Shown here: positions 59,127 to 64,000 of the stretch, in pieces
Position numbering within the stretch: the first letter of the stretch is position 1
Layout: every line of letters starts with the position of its first letter
From: Lachnospiraceae bacterium
GTDB lineage: Bacteria; Bacillota; Clostridia; Lachnospirales; Lachnospiraceae
Assembly: GCA_036656615.1 (NCBI GenBank)
Contig: JAVXHY010000010.1
Location: forward strand, 8,089-72,088
Length of the DNA stretch: 64,000 nt
Direction of reading: 5' to 3'
Made by a program: the position numbers and the translations under genes
The notes under the pieces: model-generated
Database searches by the model: none
What the model was told of the DNA's origin: nothing
The model's input: only the letters and a program-made list of their open reading frames with translations

Positions 59127-60320
59127 TTATTCTGTAATTACTTTAGAAAGAATTTTGGACAATATTTCCATTGCATTACGCATCTCTTCTACTGTATTGG
59201 TCTGTGCTCCGGCTTCAATCAATAAAGATTTTGGCATCATGTGAAGACTAAAACGATATCCACTCAAATAATTTTTTCTTGTAAATCCGGGATACATTTG
59301 TTCGGAAGCTAATTTCATTTGCAGAGAAAAGGCCAAATTATCCTGTATGTATGGATTTTCTAAATATGGGATATCACCATTGGCTCTTGTACGGCTCAAT
59401 CCATTGAAAAACATGATTTGGGCAGTAGGTTTCCCATTTGCTTCAGTCAGTAAATGTGTATTTTGATTCACACCATCTCGATGAAGATCGATGACAACTT
59501 CAATACTGGGATTTTCTGCCAATATTTTCTTCACCTGTGTTTCGGCAAATTCATAAGCACTGCTCCGATCTAATTTTCCATCTATCAAATCATAAATTCC
59601 CTCGTTATGAATGGTAGAAATATTATATTGCTCATTTAAAATCTGGGTTAAATAAGAACCCACCCCAACAATAGAGGTGTTGGCATCACCAGGGGTTGAA
59701 TCAACAAAGGCCTCTTGGGAATGGGTATGAAAAATCAGTACTTTTGGTTTATTATTTTGCTTGGTAATTTTCATATTCCTATTTAAAAGATCATCTGGAT
59801 TTAATTGTGGAGCTTCAATCATAGTCGTATTATCTACAATATAAAAATTATTTATTAGATAGTTGAAATCTCTTAGCCGTTCAATTGATAAATCAAGGGT
59901 GGGAGCCACTAAGGGAGCTGTATCAGCAATTGGTGCAGCAGTTTTATTTATGAACTCTCCTTTTTCATTTACTTCATTTTCATGGTGAGCCTGCAGAGAC
60001 AATATCATTTCTCGGGTTGTCTCATCTTCTGTTTTGGAAGTATACTGTATTTTTCTTTCTAAATATCCGGCAAGAGGAATCATATGCATTGCTTGTGTTA
60101 CAACCTGTTGCTTTAAGCTAGCAGGCTGATCTTCTTGCATATACATAAGTCCAGGTAAATACATCCGTTGTATTTGAATACGCAGACCTTGTATATTATT
60201 TAAACTATACTTTTCCCACAGGGGATCATTTCCACACCAAATTACATATCCACATGTAACTACAATAATCATGCAGATAGCAATTTGGCTGAACCGCAAT
60301 TTCTTTTTCAATTCATTCAC
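59127..60320 (-). CDS. spoIIP: Stage II sporulation protein P (amidase/endopeptidase)
   Basis: N-terminal TM; IFHTHSQE, IDLHRDG, LIEAGAQTNT. Directly downstream of gpr with a GTGA overlap. Confidence 0.92.
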   Translation of the reverse strand: MNELKKKLRFSQIAICMIIVVTCGYVIWCGNDPLWEKYSLNNIQGLRIQIQRMYLPGLMYMQEDQPASLKQQVVTQAMHMIPLAGYLERKIQYTSKTEDETTREMILSLQAHHENEVNEKGEFINKTAAPIADTAPLVAPTLDLSIERLRDFNYLINNFYIVDNTTMIEAPQLNPDDLLNRNMKITKQNNKPKVLIFHTHSQEAFVDSTPGDANTSIVGVGSYLTQILNEQYNISTIHNEGIYDLIDGKLDRSSAYEFAETQVKKILAENPSIEVVIDLHRDGVNQNTHLLTEANGKPTAQIMFFNGLSRTRANGDIPYLENPYIQDNLAFSLQMKLASEQMYPGFTRKNYLSGYRFSLHMMPKSLLIEAGAQTNTVEEMRNAMEILSKILSKVITE

Positions 60321-61282
60321 TCCATTTCATTTGAAAATACAAGATTTAATCCTTCTGAAATAGTGTAGCTTATTTGTTTTACCATTTCATCCACATCCTT
60401 TGGCGTTACGAACATGCCATTTAAATGTGGAGATATTAATTCTTTGATTAATTCATATTTTTCAGCAGCATTGTACGTTCTTAATACTTCTCCAACTCCT
60501 TTAAGGCTGGAAGAACTTTCCATCGCCTGTACAAGATTTTCCATGGTATCATTCACAATTGTAGCAGCATCTACAACGGTAGGAACGCCAATTCCAATGA
60601 CTGGTATGCCTAATGTCTCTTGCGTCAGACCTTGTCGATGATTTCCCACACCGGAACCGGGATGAATACCTGTATCTGCAATTTGAATAGTTCGATTCAG
60701 TCTTTTTGTATTTCTGGCTGCTAGGGCATCAATGGCAATGATCCAATCTGGAGCTGTTTGTTTTACGATTCCTTTAATGATTTCTAAAGTTTCCATACCT
60801 GTTTGGGCCATGACACCAGGAACAATAGCGCTGGTTAAATGTGCTTTTTTCATTCCTATTGCATATTTACCATATTCTTTTACCATATGTCTTGTAATAC
60901 ATAAATTATCAACTACATATGGGCCTAAAGCATCGGGAGTAATTTGACGGTTTCCTAATCCAACAATTAATATTTCCATAACTTCTTTTTTGCTGGTAAT
61001 TAATGCTTTTATATATTTAGCTAGTTCAATTGATATTTCACGATGATAATCCTGATCAGATACTGCCATATTAGGAGCCTCTAAGGTAATATATGTGCCA
61101 ACAGGCTTTTTCATGATTTTAGCTCCGTTTTCTGTTTCGATTATTACTTTTGTAATTCGAAGCTCTTTTTCTTCATCATATTCTTCTTCAATGATAACTC
61201 CTTGGACTTCTACTTGATCAGAAGCAAAGCTTTCTTTTACTTCTAGTGCTAAATCAGTACGCACACTATATTTATCAATCAT
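60317..61282 (-). CDS. gpr: Germination protease GPR
   Basis: RTDLALE, G.YITLE, VGLGN.QITPDALGP, PGVMAQTGMET, IAIDALAAR, GVPTVVDA, FVTPKDVD. Start moved to ATG 61282. Confidence 0.95.
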   Translation of the reverse strand: MIDKYSVRTDLALEVKESFASDQVEVQGVIIEEEYDEEKELRITKVIIETENGAKIMKKPVGTYITLEAPNMAVSDQDYHREISIELAKYIKALITSKKEVMEILIVGLGNRQITPDALGPYVVDNLCITRHMVKEYGKYAIGMKKAHLTSAIVPGVMAQTGMETLEIIKGIVKQTAPDWIIAIDALAARNTKRLNRTIQIADTGIHPGSGVGNHRQGLTQETLGIPVIGIGVPTVVDAATIVNDTMENLVQAMESSSSLKGVGEVLRTYNAAEKYELIKELISPHLNGMFVTPKDVDEMVKQISYTISEGLNLVFSNEME

Positions 61283-61348
61283 TTTACAACCTCTTTTCAT
61301 ATATCATATATTTTATGTTAGTTTTTACAGAAATTTCTAAAATATGTA

Positions 61349-61377
61349 TTGACAAGCAATAGTACATGTCCTAGAAT
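61349..61377 (+). promoter_or_regulatory. Strong sigma-A promoter of rpsT
   Basis: TTGACA-N17-TAGAAT. Confidence 0.8.
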
Positions 61378-61464
61378 GAATGAGTATGCTTTATCAGATC
61401 GTCCGTGTCCGGCTTTGATAAAGAATGAAAATCGAAAATAATCACATATTTGGAGGTGTACAGA

Positions 61465-61728
61465 TTGGCTAATATAAAATCTTCTAAAAAAAGAATTTTA
61501 GTAAACGAAACAAAGGCTATCAGAAATAAAGGAATTAAGTCAAAAGTTAAAACTTGTATTAAAAAAGTGGATGCAGCAATAGAGGCTTCTGATAAAGTAG
61601 CGGCTAAAGAAGCTTTGCTTAATGCTATTTCAGAAATCAACAAAGCGGCAGGAAAAGGTATTTATCATAAAAATACAGTTGCAAGAAAAGTTTCTCGTTT
61701 AACAAAAGCTGTTAACGAAATTGCTTAA
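61465..61728 (+). CDS. rpsT: 30S ribosomal protein S20
   Basis: TTG start after GGAGGTG: (M)ANIKSSKKR...N..IKSKVKT...KGIYHKNTVARKVSRL. Confidence 0.97.
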   Translation: MANIKSSKKRILVNETKAIRNKGIKSKVKTCIKKVDAAIEASDKVAAKEALLNAISEINKAAGKGIYHKNTVARKVSRLTKAVNEIA

Positions 61729-61739
61729 TTAGATACAAT

Positions 61740-61777
61740 AAAAAAGACAACCCTACCGTCATAGGGCTGTCTTTTTT
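61740..61777. terminator. Bidirectional terminator between rpsT and the PRTase-like gene
   Basis: AAAAAAGACA.CCCT-loop-AGGG.TGTCTTTTTT. Confidence 0.8.
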
Positions 61778-61810
61778 ATTGTATTTAATTTGATGAAAAA
61801 CAAATAGTAA

Positions 61811-62452
61811 TTAAAGCTTGGAATATCCATAACTATTTACAATTGCTTCCACTCTTTTTCCTTCTTTACACAATGGGCAATCGTGAGGCTTGTAGGCTCT
61901 ATAATCAGGTAGATCGCTACTTGTAAAAATAGTTTCGATTTTCATATCCGCTACTTTTCGTACTGCACTGAATATAGAAGCCACTCCACATACACCTCCG
62001 CCATAATATAAAACGGTTTCAATTGCTCTCAACATTGTTGTTCCGGTAGTAATAGACGCAGCCAAAATTAAAATACTTTTATTTTCAATCATTCGTTGTT
62101 TGTTATCTCGGAACATCATCTGTCCCATTTGACTGAATTCCGGTGTGATGATAGAAATATTATTTCCATAGCTCATCGACATATTTGTAGAATCAGCCAA
62201 TAATTCAGCAATATAACTACCAATTACTTCTGTTTCGTCCAGGCATACAATGGAATCTACAGGAGATGTCATTAAATATGCATCACCTAAAACCTTGGCA
62301 GTTTCTCTGGCATTATTGTGTCTAGTCTTAATTGTAGACATGTCAATATATGTATTGATATGTGAATTACTGGTTGCAAAATGTCCCTGTAATATTTTAA
62401 TACGTGCTTTTGGATTCTTTGCTGAACGAAGATCTTGAAATCTTGCATCCAT
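61811..62452 (-). CDS. Type I phosphoribosyltransferase-fold protein (PyrE-like) with a degenerate PRPP loop
   Basis: GHF.T..SH.N.Y.DM N-terminus and CPLC C-terminus resemble PyrE-like proteins. The PRPP loop reads ILILAASITTG instead of hhhhDDhhTTG. Confidence 0.7.
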   Translation of the reverse strand: MDARFQDLRSAKNPKARIKILQGHFATSNSHINTYIDMSTIKTRHNNARETAKVLGDAYLMTSPVDSIVCLDETEVIGSYIAELLADSTNMSMSYGNNISIITPEFSQMGQMMFRDNKQRMIENKSILILAASITTGTTMLRAIETVLYYGGGVCGVASIFSAVRKVADMKIETIFTSSDLPDYRAYKPHDCPLCKEGKRVEAIVNSYGYSKL

Positions 62453-62474
62453 AGTCTATTCCCCTTTCTGTTTA

Positions 62475-62765
62475 TCAGCTAAGTTCTACTTTAGCTGCTT
62501 TTTCTGGTTTGAAATCATTGCGTAAATCATAAATATTATGTCCAGTAGATTCGTTCAATACTCTTCCTTCAAGCGAATAGCATCGAATAAATCTTCTTCC
62601 ATCAATGGTACTCCAATGTTCAATATCCCATGTTAAATAACCATCTGCGTCTGTCTTTTTTTCATTTAAAATAACATCTACCTGACGACCTGCAACCATT
62701 AAATCAATTAACCCTTGTTCATCTGTTTCTACATCGACGTTGTTAACATTGTCATAAACTTTCAT
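62475..62765 (-). CDS. Hypothetical protein (96 aa)
   Basis: Strong RBS (AGGAGG), its own promoter and natural composition. No family recognised. Confidence 0.75.
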   Translation of the reverse strand: MKVYDNVNNVDVETDEQGLIDLMVAGRQVDVILNEKKTDADGYLTWDIEHWSTIDGRRFIRCYSLEGRVLNESTGHNIYDLRNDFKPEKAAKVELS

Positions 62766-62797
62766 CCCTTATCTCCTCCTGTTTTAACTTTTTATCT

Positions 62798-62826
62798 ATT
62801 ATAACCTTTATTCAGGCATAATACAA
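62798..62826 (-). promoter_or_regulatory. sigma-A promoter for the hypothetical/PRTase-like pair
   Basis: TTGTAT-N17-TATAAT. Confidence 0.6.
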
Positions 62827-62836
62827 TTTGTTATTG

Positions 62837-63871
<1,035 letters not shown>

Positions 63872-63979
63872 TTATTCAAAGTAGATACTCGGAATCCACC
63901 TTGCTGCTTTCGTTATAAGATCGTGTACTTTTATCACAGCCCGAGCTGCTTAGTTAAAGGATATTCCTCTAGCTTTCCA

Positions 63980-64000
63980 TTATTCAATGTATGTGATATC
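63980..64000 (-). CDS. C-terminal 6 codons (DITYIE*) of an upstream gene, possibly the acetolactate synthase small subunit
   Basis: Open frame at the window edge ending in TAA. Identity is inferred only from the usual ilvN-ilvC order. Confidence 0.3.
   Translation of the reverse strand, partial: DITYIE

Overview
Low-GC chromosomal segment from a spore-forming clostridial Firmicute (gene content and order look Lachnospiraceae-like; this is an inference). Nearly all genes are on the minus strand; only an aminopeptidase P/POT transporter pair and rpsT are on plus. From the right end the content is: ilvC, a hypothetical plus PRTase-like pair, rpsT, gpr-spoIIP, a parE/parC-like topoisomerase pair, the rimP-nusA-ylxR-ylxQ-infB-rbfA-DHH-truB-ribF operon, rpsO-pnp, spoIIIAA-AH, prfC, asp23-nusB-xseAB-ispA-dxs-tlyA-nadK-argR-recN-spoIVB-spo0A, glgA, alaS, a Zn-ribbon/TPM pair, rpsU, dacF-like/metallophosphoesterase/scpAB/dacB-like, leuA, the peptide uptake module, a five-gene biotin-dependent Na+-decarboxylase operon, and rpiR-HI0933-cmk-ispH (cut off by the window edge). 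I saw no tRNA/rRNA genes, IS elements, prophage or CRISPR array. Most notable: (1) a 17-copy QRP(N/S)(S/N)NYQG Q/N/Y-rich repeat inside IF2; (2) one in-frame TGA at codon 19 of an otherwise intact spoIIIAB; (3) a decarboxylase operon with both an oxaloacetate-type and an acyl-CoA-type carboxyltransferase but only one biotin carrier and one Na+ pump; (4) a PRTase-fold protein lacking the acidic PRPP-loop residues; (5) Spo0A boxes upstream of spo0A and glgA; (6) several candidate structured leader RNAs (rpsT, rpsU, ilvC, rimP, pnp). All promoter, terminator and RNA-structure calls were made by eye, and no database searches were run.
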